64,000 bases of DNA. It comes from Carcharhinus amblyrhynchos (Eukaryota). The first letter of the stretch is position 1, and every line of letters begins with the position of its first letter. Below are positions 1 through 11,724 of the stretch, in pieces. Under the pieces are notes generated by a model. That model was not told the DNA's origin. It did no database searches and was given only the letters and a program-made list of their open reading frames with translations. Location of the stretch: the NCBI GenBank assembly GCA_965287045.1, contig OZ336884.1:54746001-54810000 (forward strand). Direction: 5' to 3'. Position numbers and translations under genes: made by a program.

Positions 1-1393
1 ATGATCAGGAAGTTTTGGTGATCACAAACAAATTTGAAGATAAATTGATAAGAGAGGCAAAACAAAAAGGGTTGATAGTTGGAAAGAATTTGGTGTCTAC
101 CTTGAAGTACCAGATAGGGGTGAGCCAGCTTATCATATAGGTGGATGTGAATGGAAAAAGTACTTCTTGATTGGACTAATTTAACGATCCAGTCAAGCTT
201 CTTAACTGCTTAGTTTCTTCTTTGAATAGAAGATCATCTTTCTAATGAGGGCCTGGCACAATTTATCTGGATACAATTAACAGTTTCTAAGTGATTTATG
301 ATTACCCCTGACCTATTCTGTTTACTGTCTAACCCTATGCATTTAAGATCCCAAATATTACATCCACTGTATGGAAAAAGTACTTCTTGATTGGACATAT
401 AAAACTAAAGCAAAACTAGTGGATCAGGGCTTTGATAAGGGAATTGATTATCTAGATGTTAGAATGGACTCCTATGTGCCAGGAAAATGATCCTGAAGAT
501 TTTCTTAGCTCTCTAGCCAATTATTCATGAGAGTGCAAGTCAATTGATACAAAAGGTGAATCTTTGTAGGGTGAAGAATTTCAGAAATATATATGAAACC
601 ACCTGAAAAAGTGAGTGATATAGAAGGGAAACTGTGGAAACAATGTGTTTATGGATCAAGTGATGCATTGGTAGTCTGGTATTTCTCAGTTTGGTCTCGC
701 TGGAAAGTAGATTGTATTCGGCTGAAAGCAGATCCTGCAGTGCTGTAGTGGAATCATAGAGAAACGAGTTGACATTCTTATGGTGTACATTAATGATTTT
801 CTATGGGAAGGGGATCTGTGGAATTTGAGCACTTTATTATAAGCAAGATAAAAGAAGAATTTAAGATTGGATGTAATATTTGGGATTTTAAACGCATAGG
901 TTTAGACAGTAAGCAGAATAGATCGGGGGTAACCATGAATCACTTTGAAATTGTTAATTGTATCCAGGTAAATTGTGCCAGGCCCTCATAAAAAGATGAT
1001 CTTCTATCCAAAAAAACCGAGCAGTTGAGAAACTTGACTGGATAATTAACTTGGTTATGCGCTCAGACAACACCCAATGCCACTTATGATGTATGAAACT
1101 TAGTATTATGATGAAACACGCTACAATTGAGGAGTGAAAACAAAACATGAAAGAAATTAAATTCAGGGAAAGGCAAATGCAGGTTGCCAAAAAACATGAA
1201 ATTAGTCCTTTTTCATGATGCTTCCCATGCCAATCTTCAGGGTGGGTATTTGACTACAACTGTGTTTATCACATTCTTGCTGAGCATAAACAGAAAATGT
1301 TGTTCCTTGGCCTGGAAAGCCAAGAAAATAAAAATAAAAATGGTTCAAATTACTGTGAAGTATTATAAGTACTGCTCGGTCAAGGGAAAATAA
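1..1393 (+). mobile_element. Decayed Ty1/copia LTR-retrotransposon pol fragment (RT + RNase H) inside a TIAM1 intron
   Basis: Reading across frameshifts gives copia motifs in order: WKEFGVYLEVPD, KTKAKLVDQGF (KARLVARGF), GKLWKQCVYGSSDA..WYFSV (KLKKCVYGLNDA..WY), KADPAV, INDFLW (VDDFL), LRNLTG*LTWL..QTTPNATYDV (LIGQLNWL..QTRPD), then RNase H LVLFHDASHANL and CSLAWKAKKIK. Many stops; no LTR recognised. Confidence 0.85.
151..396. repeat. Inverted templated insertion (177-366 is the reverse complement of 868-1053) flanked by a 26-bp direct duplication
   Basis: ATGGAAAAAGTACTTCTTGATTGGAC occurs at 151-176 and 371-396. The intervening sequence aligns in reverse complement to 868-1053. Confidence 0.9.
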
Positions 1394-1679
1394 AAATACC
1401 TCAGTCTCTGTATATTCTTTGAATGGTATTGATGGATAGGGAAGAAGAAATAATAGCAGCTCTGCAACAAAAGACATAATTGTAAGTAGTAAAAGAATTG
1501 ACATCAGAAAAAGGTTAAAGAAATTCATCAGAATTTCCTGAAATAAGCTTTCTTTAAATCTATACAAAATACCTTCTTGACTTTATAAATCCACTTATAC
1601 TTTTGTTGCCGCAACTAGCCATCCTAATCACTCAGCGTTATGCAGACTAGATTATCACTTGGTGTTGTGGCAGTGATCA

Positions 1680-2180
1680 CAGTTACAGCACAGAAGGAAG
1701 CCATTTGGCCTTTCCTGTCTGTGCCAGCTCTCTGAAGCAGCAATTCATGTTGTGCCACTCCCCACCATCCCCTCCCTTTTCTCTGTGGACCTGCACATTC
1801 TTTCTTTTCAGATAATAATCTAATTCCCTGTTAAATGCCTCAATTGAACCTGCCTCCACCACACTCTCATGCAATGGATTCCAGATCCTAACCACTTGCT
1901 GTGTGAAGAAGTTTTCCTTGATGTCGACATTGCTTATTTTACCAGTTACCTTAAATTTGTGCTCTCCTGTTCTTGATCCTTCCACCAATGGGAACAGTTT
2001 CTCTCGCTGTCTGCTATCTACAGACCCCTCATGACTTTGAATACCTCTATCGAATCTCCTCTCAACCTTTCTTTTCAAGGAAAACTGTCCCAACTTCTCC
2101 AATAATCCTCTGGTATATTTTCAGCACCCTCTCTTATGGATTTACCTACTTCCTAAAAAGTGGTATCCTGAAGTAGACAC
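1680..2180 (-). mobile_element. CR1 LINE 3' fragment
   Basis: ORF 1683-2102 contains LFPLVEGSRTGEHKFKV and FFTQQVVRIWNPL, typical of the CR1 ORF2 C-terminus, followed by a CR1-type tail. Confidence 0.85.
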
Positions 2181-2742
2181 TGCAGGAGAAACTTTCCCAA
2201 AAATGGCAGTGTGTTTGTGGTGAGAAAACTGGTCATTTTGTTTCCAGATCTTACAACACTGCAAAGAAATCAAGGGCGTGTGTTTCGAATTGTCATACTG
2301 GGGGGTCAGGGCCTAAATACACCAGTAAAGTCCAGCTGCATAGAAATCGGGGCTCCAATAGTGATCAGAAATGGGATGTATTTTTAATTAATACTTTGTG
2401 TCCAAGCCTTGGATACTCTGAGTAATTGTAGTATCATACCCTGACCCAACTGAAATGGACTAATGCCGTGGTCTGGAATGGAATCTGCAGTCTCCCTGGC
2501 CTGCATACCACTCCATAGTGCCTACCTTTCCACTCAACCAAGAGGGAAATCCCTTGCATTCGTATTAGCAAATTACTTCACAAGGGACAAAGCCATCAGT
2601 GAGTCCAATTCAACTATTGTCAGCCATGAAATTTTATAAAGTGTTTGAAAATAAATGCATTGTTTCTTGTACAGCAAACATCTAAGTAAGTGCAAAATCG
2701 CTTCTTGGAACGCAGTAAAATCCTTTTTTATTTACCTTTCAG

Positions 2743-2861
2743 TGGCGATGAAAGCCATGAATAAAGTAGCAAGCCACATAAATGAAATGCAGAAATTACA
2801 TGAAGAATATGGTGCTGTGTTTGACCAGCTGATATCTGAGCAAACTGGAGAGAAAAAAGAG
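2743..2861 (+). CDS. TIAM1: TIAM1 coding exon (end of DH domain)
   Basis: Acceptor ctttcag and donor GAG|gtgagg. Encodes [40 protein letters not shown], matching remembered human [40 protein letters not shown]. Confidence 0.96.
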
Positions 2862-3639
2862 GTGAGGAAAGTATTCAGTTTAACTTCCTGGAATGCGTAC
2901 ACACTTTTTATATAACTTCATTCCTTGCCAGTGCCCTGACTGACACAAACTAGATTATCTTCCTCACTTGCTGTTATTATGTTGAAATGATAGAGGAAAG
3001 TACCGACTGTGAGTTTCTCCACAACTTTCATCCATACTATCACAGTATGTGTTTCATTAAGCTGTTTCCTTCCCTCTCATTTCATGGTTCTCCTTATTTC
3101 TTGTGCTGAAGGTGACCTCTTCCGAAGAACCAGGTTAATAATGCCTTAATATGTGCCTAATTATGTTGTGATCTTCAGATACAAAATTATGACTTTAACC
3201 CATTCTTAAAACTATATATCCTGTTAAGCAGCTGTAGATGCATGCAACAGTCAGATTGTGCATTCTATAACATTTATTAGAATCAAGCAGATGATTTAAT
3301 TTATTATCTTTTATATAATAAAGGTTTGATTCATTGTTAAAAATTCTTGAGATATTTAATTTTATCGCTTGATATGAGCCATGAAGTGAGCCAATGAACA
3401 GGAATCATAAGCTAACCTGGGAAAGTTAATGGTGGGAGAGATATTTGCACCAGAGTCTTTAACCCAGGTTTTATTTATGAAATATTATGGTAACAGAGAT
3501 TGGAGTCACATAAAGGGTATAGGGAAGATAATTCTCTATTCCTTTAGAGAGGAGTGCAATCAAATGTCCCTCCTGTCAAACAATGTATTAAACCTGCACA
3601 TGTTAAAAGATTATTTCACACAAAAGTAGACAATAGCAG

Positions 3640-4170
3640 CTACCAATATTTGCAAAGCACAATTTATGTAGTGAAACATCCTTCGGCACTTAACGGCAAC
3701 ATTGTGAAGCAAAATTTGATAACCAGCCGCAGTAGCTGGTGGCTAAAAGCTTCGTCAAAGAGGTAGGTTTTAAGGAGCTTCTTAAAAGAGGAAAGAGAGG
3801 TGGAGAGGTTTAGGGAAGGAATTCCAGAGCTCAAGAGCTGAAGGAGAGGTCTCTACAGATGGTGGAGCGAATAATATTGCTGCTTCTTAAAAGCTCACAT
3901 ATGTCGGAGGGCTGAAGGACAACAGAATATTGCAGAGGTATGGAGGGGCAAGGTCATGGAAGGATTTGAAAACAAGGACGAAAATTTTCAAATCTGGCTT
4001 TTTCTTAATGTTGGTCAGTGAGCACAGGGATGATAGGTGCTCAGGAGTTGATGTACCTAAGAACATGCACAGCAGAATTTAGGATGATCTCAAGTTTGCC
4101 AAGGCTATGTGGTGGATAGCCAGCAGTTCATTAGAATATTAGATGAGAGTTTCAGCAGCAGATGAGCAGG
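3640..4170 (-). mobile_element. L2 LINE 3' fragment
   Basis: AGGTAGGTTTTAAGGAG..GAGAGGTTTAGGGAAGGAATTCCAGAG motifs, shared with the copy at 43680-45090. Confidence 0.65.
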
Positions 4171-4522
4171 AGGAGGGGTGGAGTATGTGATATACAGGAC
4201 TACTTTGGAAACTCAACAAAATATAAAAATCACTATCTGACTCTAATAGCAATACTTCCACTGCAATGGAACAAGAAACTGATGCCACTGGTGCCATCGT
4301 TGTGAGCCTGTTATCCTGGAACAGCAAGTCCACCTCACCTCCTTGCTCCATTTGCCAATTCAATTAGGGCATCCTTTGCCGTTTCACTTGCTGCCCTGTT
4401 TGCCACTTCCTTCGCTGCCCTGCTTGCTGCTTTGGTTGCCTCCCACCTTGCTACCTCTTGCAACTTCTTACTTTTTGCTCACCATTCCCCTCAATGCATC
4501 GCTTGCTGCCCCACATACTGCT

Positions 4523-4779
4523 ATGATGTAGAGATGCCAGTGTTGGACTGGGGTAACCACAGTAAGAAGTCTCACAACACCAGGTTAAAGTCCAACCAGT
4601 TTATTTGATGGTAATCCCACAAGTTTTCAGAAACGATGTTCCTTCGCCAGGTGTGTGGAAGGTTCACATTTCGTATTGAACCTTCCACACACCTGACAAA
4701 GGAACATCGTTTCTGAAACTTGTGGGATTACTATCAAATAAACTGGTTGGATTTTAACCTGGTGTTGAGATTTCTTACT
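4523..4779. mobile_element. Penelope-like (PLE) fold-back remnant, ~105-bp arms, 12-bp TSD
   Basis: Arms 4561-4666 and 4677-4779 are reverse complements. TSD CCACATACTGCT (4511-4522) / CCACTTACTGCT (4780-4791). Each arm has a decayed hammerhead-like core. Same family as 35674-35853. Confidence 0.8.
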
Positions 4780-5114
4780 CCACTTACTGCTCGTCAGAGA
4801 GCAGGGTAGTGAGTGACATAGTGAGGTGTCAGGTCTTTGGAGCAGGGCATTGAGCAGCAAGAGGGTCAACAAGAGGGACAGCGAGTGAGAGGTGAGCAGG
4901 GCAATAAGCGAAACAGCGAGGGGATTACCAAGTGAGGTAGCAAAGGATTTGGAGTGGGGCAATGAATAGCAGGCATTCTAAACAATGCTCTTTAATGCAG
5001 ATAGCTACCTGTAGTGTCGCTGGAAATTACATCATAAGCACTGCAACTGCATGGGCAATGACTTTGCCCCATTCAGTTACAATGTGGCAAAAACAACCTA
5101 ACAGAATAAGTTAT

Positions 5115-5481
5115 GTAGCAGCAGTGATACTGTCACTGGACTAGTAATACAGAGACCTAAGGTAATTCTCTGGGGAATCAGGTTCCAATCCCACCATGGT
5201 AGATGGTGAAATTTGAATTCGATCAAAAAAGTCTGGAATTAAAAGTCTAATGATGAATTATGAACCATGAAACCATTGTCGATTATCGTAAAAAGCCATC
5301 TGGTTCACCAATGCCCTTTAGGGAAGGAAATCTTCCACGCTCACATTATGTGGTCTACATGTCACTCCAGACCCATAGCAATGTGGTTGACTCTTAAATG
5401 CCCTCTGAAAATGGCATAGCAAGCCACTCAATTCCAGGGCAATTATAGATGGACAATAACACTGGCCCAGCCATCCCTGAG
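5115..5481 (+). mobile_element. tRNA-derived SINE with LINE-derived tail
   Basis: B-box-like GGTTCCAATCCC. Tail GGGCAATTATAGATGGACAATAA resembles the 3' end of the LINE at 40030. A partial antisense copy lies at ~9265-9425. Confidence 0.7.
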
Positions 5482-6774
5482 TTGAAAAAAAGGAAAAAGT
5501 TAATTGAAACAAATTTGTAATTAGAAAATGAAACCCAGTTACTTTTCTTCACCTAAACTACTACTGGCAAGTCGAAGTGGTCAACGGTTGATAACAAACC
5601 ATTGGCTACACTTCTAATTAATTGAAATTTTCATTTTTCCGAAAAAGTCTGAAACAGATGTCATCTTCGTAAAAATAATTGATCTGATCTAACAATACCA
5701 AAAGCCTAGTGTTAAACATTTAATGCAACTGTCATCCTCCCTACATTTTGCTAATTGCTTTTCATTGCCTATCCTCTGCACCCAAAAAGCATCAGCTTGC
5801 AATTGTATAGCACCTTTATACACAAAAATTTCCAGGCACTTCACAGAGAAATAAAGAGAGCAGGCTGGTGGTAAGCATTGCAATGACTCAGAATTTGCTG
5901 GAGTGAAGCATCTTACAGCTTGCCCTGGTAGTTTGACTTGTTCCTATATTTACAGCTGGAATGTGAAATGATAATGGAGGGAGCAGGGCAACTTGAACCT
6001 TGGTGAGCAATGGAATGATCAATGAAATAAACAGAGCAAGCACAGAGAAATGGGTGAATGTGTGAATTCAATATAATTTAAGATATAGGAAGTGAAATAA
6101 AGAGGAAACGACAGATTGGATAAGGAAAATAAAAACAAAAGAAAAATAAGAAATTTAAAGAAAAAATACAGTGTCATTTTTAAAATCTAAAAGTACAAAT
6201 CACAAGCTGAAAGAATATGATTCCATTTCTAACTGTGCATCCATTGTGGAAAGAGATTGATTGGCAATTGTTAACAGGTATCATATTGTTTGAAGATTAC
6301 TTAAGCTATGAATTATTCAGCTTGACGTTCTGTGGCAAGTTTAATGTGTAGTCAATGTGCAAATGCAGCAACTTCCATGAGCATCATGGGAGGTGAAGTC
6401 CAAGATGGCTTTTCTGCAAAGCTGATGTTAATTTACAGGACATCTTTTCCTTGCTGCATGCTGTTGATGAATTTGCACATCAATAACTATAAAATTCAAA
6501 AGCTGGTAAGTTTTCAGCAAATTCTGAATCTTTGAAAATTCTTAACATGTTTGTATCTTTGTAAAAAAATTCTTAGAAAAACTGTCTGAAAAGTAGCAGC
6601 GTAACACTATCTAATATGGCTTCATACTGGGTTGGTCAAGAAGAAAGATATAAGGCATCTCTGATGGCAGCCATTCACCCCACTTTTCTAATAGAAAACT
6701 GATGTGGTTACAAACCGTTTGAGAATCACAGACATTTGTAAGATCATTGTGTGTGTTTGCGTGTATAAGTATCA

Positions 6775-6983
6775 GGGCTGGAATTCTCTGACCATTCACA
6801 TTGGCGGGATTCTCTGGTCCTGCCAGCAGTGCACAAACGCCCATGGGATTCCCGCTGGCATGGAGTGACGTCAGTGGGAATTTCCATTGATAGAGGTGTG
6901 ACCAGAGAATCCCACTGCTAGCAAATAATGTGCCACCTCCCGCCAGTGGGAAACGCAGGTGGGAGGCCTGAGAATCTCGCCCC
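6775..6983. mobile_element. Short MITE (Harbinger-type TIRs)
   Basis: GGGCTGGAATTCTC at the left end, GAGAATCTCGCCC at the right end, plus internal GGGATTCTCTGGTC / GACCAGAGAATCCC symmetry. Confidence 0.7.
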
Positions 6984-7022
6984 ATATGTTATAAATATAT
7001 ATGATGTCCCTTTAATTTACAG

Positions 7023-7131
7023 GTTGTGGACCTTTCAATGGGGGACCTTCTTTTCCATTGTACAATCACTTGGCTCAATCCACCTACATCTTTTGGGAAG
7101 TGTAAAAAAGACCCTGAGTTAGCAGCATTTG
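7023..7131 (+). CDS. TIAM1: TIAM1 coding exon (start of C-terminal PH domain)
   Basis: ttacag|GTT and G|gtacgt. Encodes VVDLSMGDLLFHCTITWLNPPTSFGKCKKDPELAAF. Phase is consistent with neighbouring exons. Confidence 0.95.
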
Positions 7132-7443
7132 GTACGTTGCAATTTAAAGATTTGCACTTGGGCGCCAGCAATGTAATTCAATATAAATTGCTGTATTAAC
7201 AGTATTATTTGGGAACTTAGACCAATGTGAAATAGCCATCTGACAGAGGTCTGACTCCCAATGATTTTAATAAGCTCAGCAATTTGATGTATTTGTTTAC
7301 CAATTTTACCACGATATAAACTCACAACCACTTTGTATTGATGCAAAAGTGACAGAATGAATGCAGCAAAAGAATTTCTGTGTACAAGATTTTATAGCTT
7401 TACACCTTTTCTTTCAGTGATATTTAATTTACTTTGTTTCTAG

Positions 7444-7502
7444 TGTTCAAAACCGCCATTGTCCTTGTGTATAAAGATGGTTTCAAGCAGAAAAGGAAAC
7501 TG
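7444..7502 (+). CDS. TIAM1: TIAM1 coding exon (PH)
   Basis: ttctag|TG and CTG|gtaagt. Encodes VFKTAIVLVYKDGFKQKRKL. Confidence 0.95.
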
Positions 7503-9052
7503 GTAAGTTTTCTATTGTAAATTACTGTTTTATGAGGTATAGAAGTTTATATTTAGTATGTTTAATAAATGCTTTGTTCAAGAAAAACGTAATTAAAAGC
7601 ACTTTTATTTTGGTTGTGAAAAACAAGGCTTAAAATGTCTTTAGTAAAGTCATGGCAAGACAACATTCCTGTGGCCAAAACTGAAGTTGAATCATAGTCA
7701 ATAGCAGTTAAGCCTAAAATTATTTCACAGAACAAAAATGTTGCTAATATCTAACATTAAATCGAAATATAACTTTATCAAGCCATATTAGTAGCTAAAA
7801 TGAACTAGTTCCCTTCTGCACCCATTGCTAAATATAGTCTGTCAAATAATCTCAGCCAGCGATTTATGGAGACAGTTTTACTTAATCTTGATAGAACCTG
7901 TTTAATTACATTAACAAAACATCAAAATGCCGGAATTCTTTTCAAGGCAGTTTAGTGATTGCTTTGAACATGATTTCTGTGCTTTTGTATATCAAGAATG
8001 ATTTTTACGTAGTTGGTATGACCACCGTGTGTGGTTTCACAGTTCATAGTTTCACAGTTCATAATTCCATAGGCATGAAGCAACGAAATAATCTACACAA
8101 ATAGTTGGTAAACTCTGTAAACTAGATTCTATATGAAATGAGCAACAAAATAATTTAAATTCATTTTAAAATTGCAAATTGAATCCTCAGTAAAGGATTA
8201 CTTTTCAAGCTTCTAGAAATAACCCTGATACGCAATGTGAAGTTTGTGAATAATAGATATTTTTAAAATTGGTATTTTCTTTGAGTAAAGAAGCACATTA
8301 CAAACACACAACCCTGTGATAAATAAAAAAAAATTCTGATGGGGGGGGCGTTTGCGACTTTTAACACGTAAAGAACATTGTACAGGCAAATCATTAGCCA
8401 TAAAGGAGTGTATGATGGCCAGCCAATTTTAATTTCTTCATGTTCTGAGGGTAGAGCATTTATTTGTCAAATAAATGGAAAACCATTTTTGATTAATGTG
8501 TTGATGTTAGTAATGGGAAGGGAGAGGTGATAAATTGATAATTTAGTTCTGATATAATTTGGGAGAGAACATTTTTGAAATGATTTTCTGTCAGTCATTT
8601 CACAATTAGGAAAAGTCTAAATTGATGAAAGTTTGGCTCCATGTCTCTCGTCAGTCTGGCTAAAGACCTGCTTGTATGTTGATGCAATATCTTTGCAGCA
8701 CAAGGCATTGTTTAATAACAAGTACTACCAATTGAGACCCAAATTAAGAATGGAGGAGATTGGAAAAAATATGAAGCTGATGTGTTAAATGTGTAAATTG
8801 AGACATTCTATAGTTACAGCTATCCATGCCTTCCTTGCTTTTAAAAAAAATTAACAATGTCATTAGTATAGCTATAATAACCTTTTCATGCAAATTTGTT
8901 GCTCAATTTTGGCCAGTTGCTAACTTTTACTTACTTAAATTGTTGCTTGGAGCAGTTATTAGAAAACATTCAATGAAGCACATTTGCTTTTCTAATATTA
9001 CTTGCTTCCAGTAAATTTTGAAGATAAAATGTCACCTTTCCTGATGTAATAG

Positions 9053-9158
9053 GGAAACATTTCTCAGAGAGTATCTGTCTCAGACGACCGGGATCCATTC
9101 AGATTTCGTCATATGATTCCTACTCAGGCCCTGCAGATTCGATCAGTTACCACTACAG
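9053..9158 (+). CDS. TIAM1: TIAM1 coding exon (PH)
   Basis: aatag|GGA and G|gtatga. Encodes GNISQRVSVSDDRDPFRFRHMIPTQALQIRSVTTT (human DPFRFRHMIPTEALQVR). Confidence 0.93.
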
Positions 9159-9608
9159 GTATGAAATCACAATTTGTGCTAATACCTACAAAACAAAATA
9201 GCTGAAACAACAGCAAGACTGAAGCTTTTGCAGTGGAATGCTGGACCATTGTGGTTTTCTTTGTTATTCATTCATGGGACATGGGAGTCTCTGGCTGGCC
9301 AGCAGTTATTGTCCATCCCTATTTGTCTCAGAGCAGTTGAGAGTCAACCATATTGCTGTAGCTCTGGAGTCACACGTAGGCCAGACCAGGTAAGGGTGGC
9401 AGATTTCCTTTCATAAAGGACACCTCCTGTCTTCATTGAAGATACATTTGTAGGGGTATATTACCCAGTCATGACTTCTCAAATTAATAAATTCAATATG
9501 AACTGAGATGTGTACATTAAAGGCAAGAAAATTCGCGGTAGAAAGTAGACACATCAAATAATTCAATTCCTCGAGACTCCCTTATGTTTGGGGGTTCTTT
9601 TGCTTCAG

Positions 9609-10545
9609 CTAGTTTATGGTGTCATATGCTAAGTATTTTGATAAATGAACCTTCGCTCCCCACATCCTTGGGAGTGTTTCACTGGTCTTGATAGTTAACC
9701 ACACAAGATAATAAACAGAGAACAGAAGATTGCCTCACGTCCTGGTCCTGAAAGCAGGAGCCTCAACACTCAACCTCATATCAGACTTTAAATAGGAACA
9801 TGGAAACCAAATGTGCTGCTGTCATAAAGTTGGAACCAATAACTGACTCAATTTTGAAGTCCAGATATTTGTTAGTGTGAGCTCATGGTGCGTGGGGAGT
9901 GGCACTGTATTGAAAGTCGCAGCCCATAAAAATTGTGATGGTTTTGAGCTGTATAGCAATAACTTTGGCTATTGAAACAGATCAGTTTCAAAGACAGAAT
10001 TATTTATTTTTGAAAGAAGTTCCAAGTCCACCCTCTGGTGGCCATGTGCTGTCAAGAATTATTCTTTTCACAGTTCAGGGAATAAACCCATGGAGGTTCA
10101 TACTACACTCCCACTCAGATAATTTTAGGTAAATATTACTTCTGTCCATAAATAGTCATAACAGGACGAACATTTTATTGTGTCCAAAATACCTCTGATA
10201 TAAAGCAATTTTTATTGCTTTTGCTTCTCTGCTGTTGTTGCTCTTTCTAGTACCACTACCCAATACTAAAAACATAAATGCAATCTGCATCAAGTGCTAT
10301 CTACAACTCCCACAGACATAAAAGTTAATAAATGAAAGAAGCAGATGAAAATTGCTACTCATAAACATGATGTTTGATTTCATAAAAATCAAACCTATCT
10401 GCATCTACTTTATGAAATCAATCTGGGGGATTTGGGCGAGATGTATGCAATATCTAACATTAAATTGGCTGATGAAACACTCTAAAGGGCATGGGGAGCG
10501 AGGATTCATTTATCAAAATATTTAATATATGACACCATAAACTAA
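9609..10545. repeat. ~73-bp inverted repeats enclosing ~790 bp of intron (possible old DNA transposon)
   Basis: 9609-9681 (AGTTTATGGTGTCATAT..TTTTGATAAATGAA..CGCTCCCCA..GAGTGTTTCA) is the reverse complement of 10473-10545. Confidence 0.8.
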
Positions 10546-11351
10546 CTTGTCCTCCAATCCATCAACTTCCCGCAAAATTCATTCAACCACCCCAGCTTCC
10601 TCCAACCCTATATTGCAGTCCAGGCCTCCAATTCTGCCTTGCTCTGCATGTCCCTCCACCTGATCCACCGTCCGTTGCATATTCTTTAAACCGTATTGGC
10701 CATATCCTGTGGAGTTCTTCCCTGTTGTTTGCCTTGTTACTTCTCTCCTTTGAGCCATATTCTTGGCCATGCCTCCAAACACTTTTACTACTTAGCATTT
10801 CTGCTGAGAGGAGGTACACCACATGCCATCATTGCCATGCTCCTTCCTCCAATAAAGAAACTGAGTGCAAACATCCAAGTGAGGCTGTGCTCATTTAGAG
10901 AGGAGGATGAAGGTCAGCTTGACCTGTATGCACTGGAATTATTTTTCCATGTCCTCTGCTTTCCATAGTTGGATGGTGATGAATATCCTGTTGAATGAGG
11001 TTGAACTTCAATTGAAGTAAATAAACTATCCTTTTCTTTTTCTGTAGTTGACACCATATCATTGATTTTTGTGAACTAATAATTTTCCACATTTATGACA
11101 CAAGAACTGCTTTAGAAATTCAGCAGTCTGCCAGATACCAATTTTACAGGCAGAGCAGAAAGCTAAGGAATTATTACTGATGTATACAAGGAAGATTTGA
11201 GTTGAGGGAATGTCATTGTCCTCACTATTAAAAGTTGCATTGATCTTGTCCTTGTATTACAAGGTGGCCCTTTAATGATAAGAGCTCAAACACTGCCTTC
11301 CATAGTCACAATTCATAATCCATTGCTTTTATGTGCTTTTTTTGCCTTTAG

Positions 11352-11439
11352 ATGTGGAGGTTGATTGTGTCTTTGAAATTGTTCACACAAAATCTGAGTC
11401 AGAAGGAAGACCTGAGACAACCTTTCACTTTTGTAGCAG
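11352..11439 (+). CDS. TIAM1: TIAM1 coding exon (PH)
   Basis: ctttag|AT and AG|gtaacc. Encodes DVEVDCVFEIVHTKSESEGRPETTFHFCS. Confidence 0.95.
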
Positions 11440-11551
11440 GTAACCTGTTGTTACCATTGCCAGATTTCATTCCTAAATGTATAGAATTTTATTTTTAAAA
11501 TATTTTTTCAGAAGGTTTTCCCATGATTTACATCTTTTTGGAAATTTTCAG

Positions 11552-11724
11552 CACTCCTGAGGGCAAACGGGATTTTATCAAGGCAGTTCAGTCTATATTA
11601 CGTGACAAACATCGAAGGCAGCTTCTAAAAACAGAAAGTTTGCCACAGTCCCAGCAATACATGCCTTTTGGAGGAAAGCGGCTGTGTGCACTGAAAGGAG
11701 CGAGACCAGTTGTGAATCGAGCTG
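11552..11724 (+). CDS. TIAM1: TIAM1 coding exon
   Basis: tttcag|C and G|gtaaga, after a 112-bp intron. Encodes TPEGKRDFIKAVQSILRDKHRRQLLKTESLPQSQQYMPFGGKRLCALKGARPVVNRA. Confidence 0.97.
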
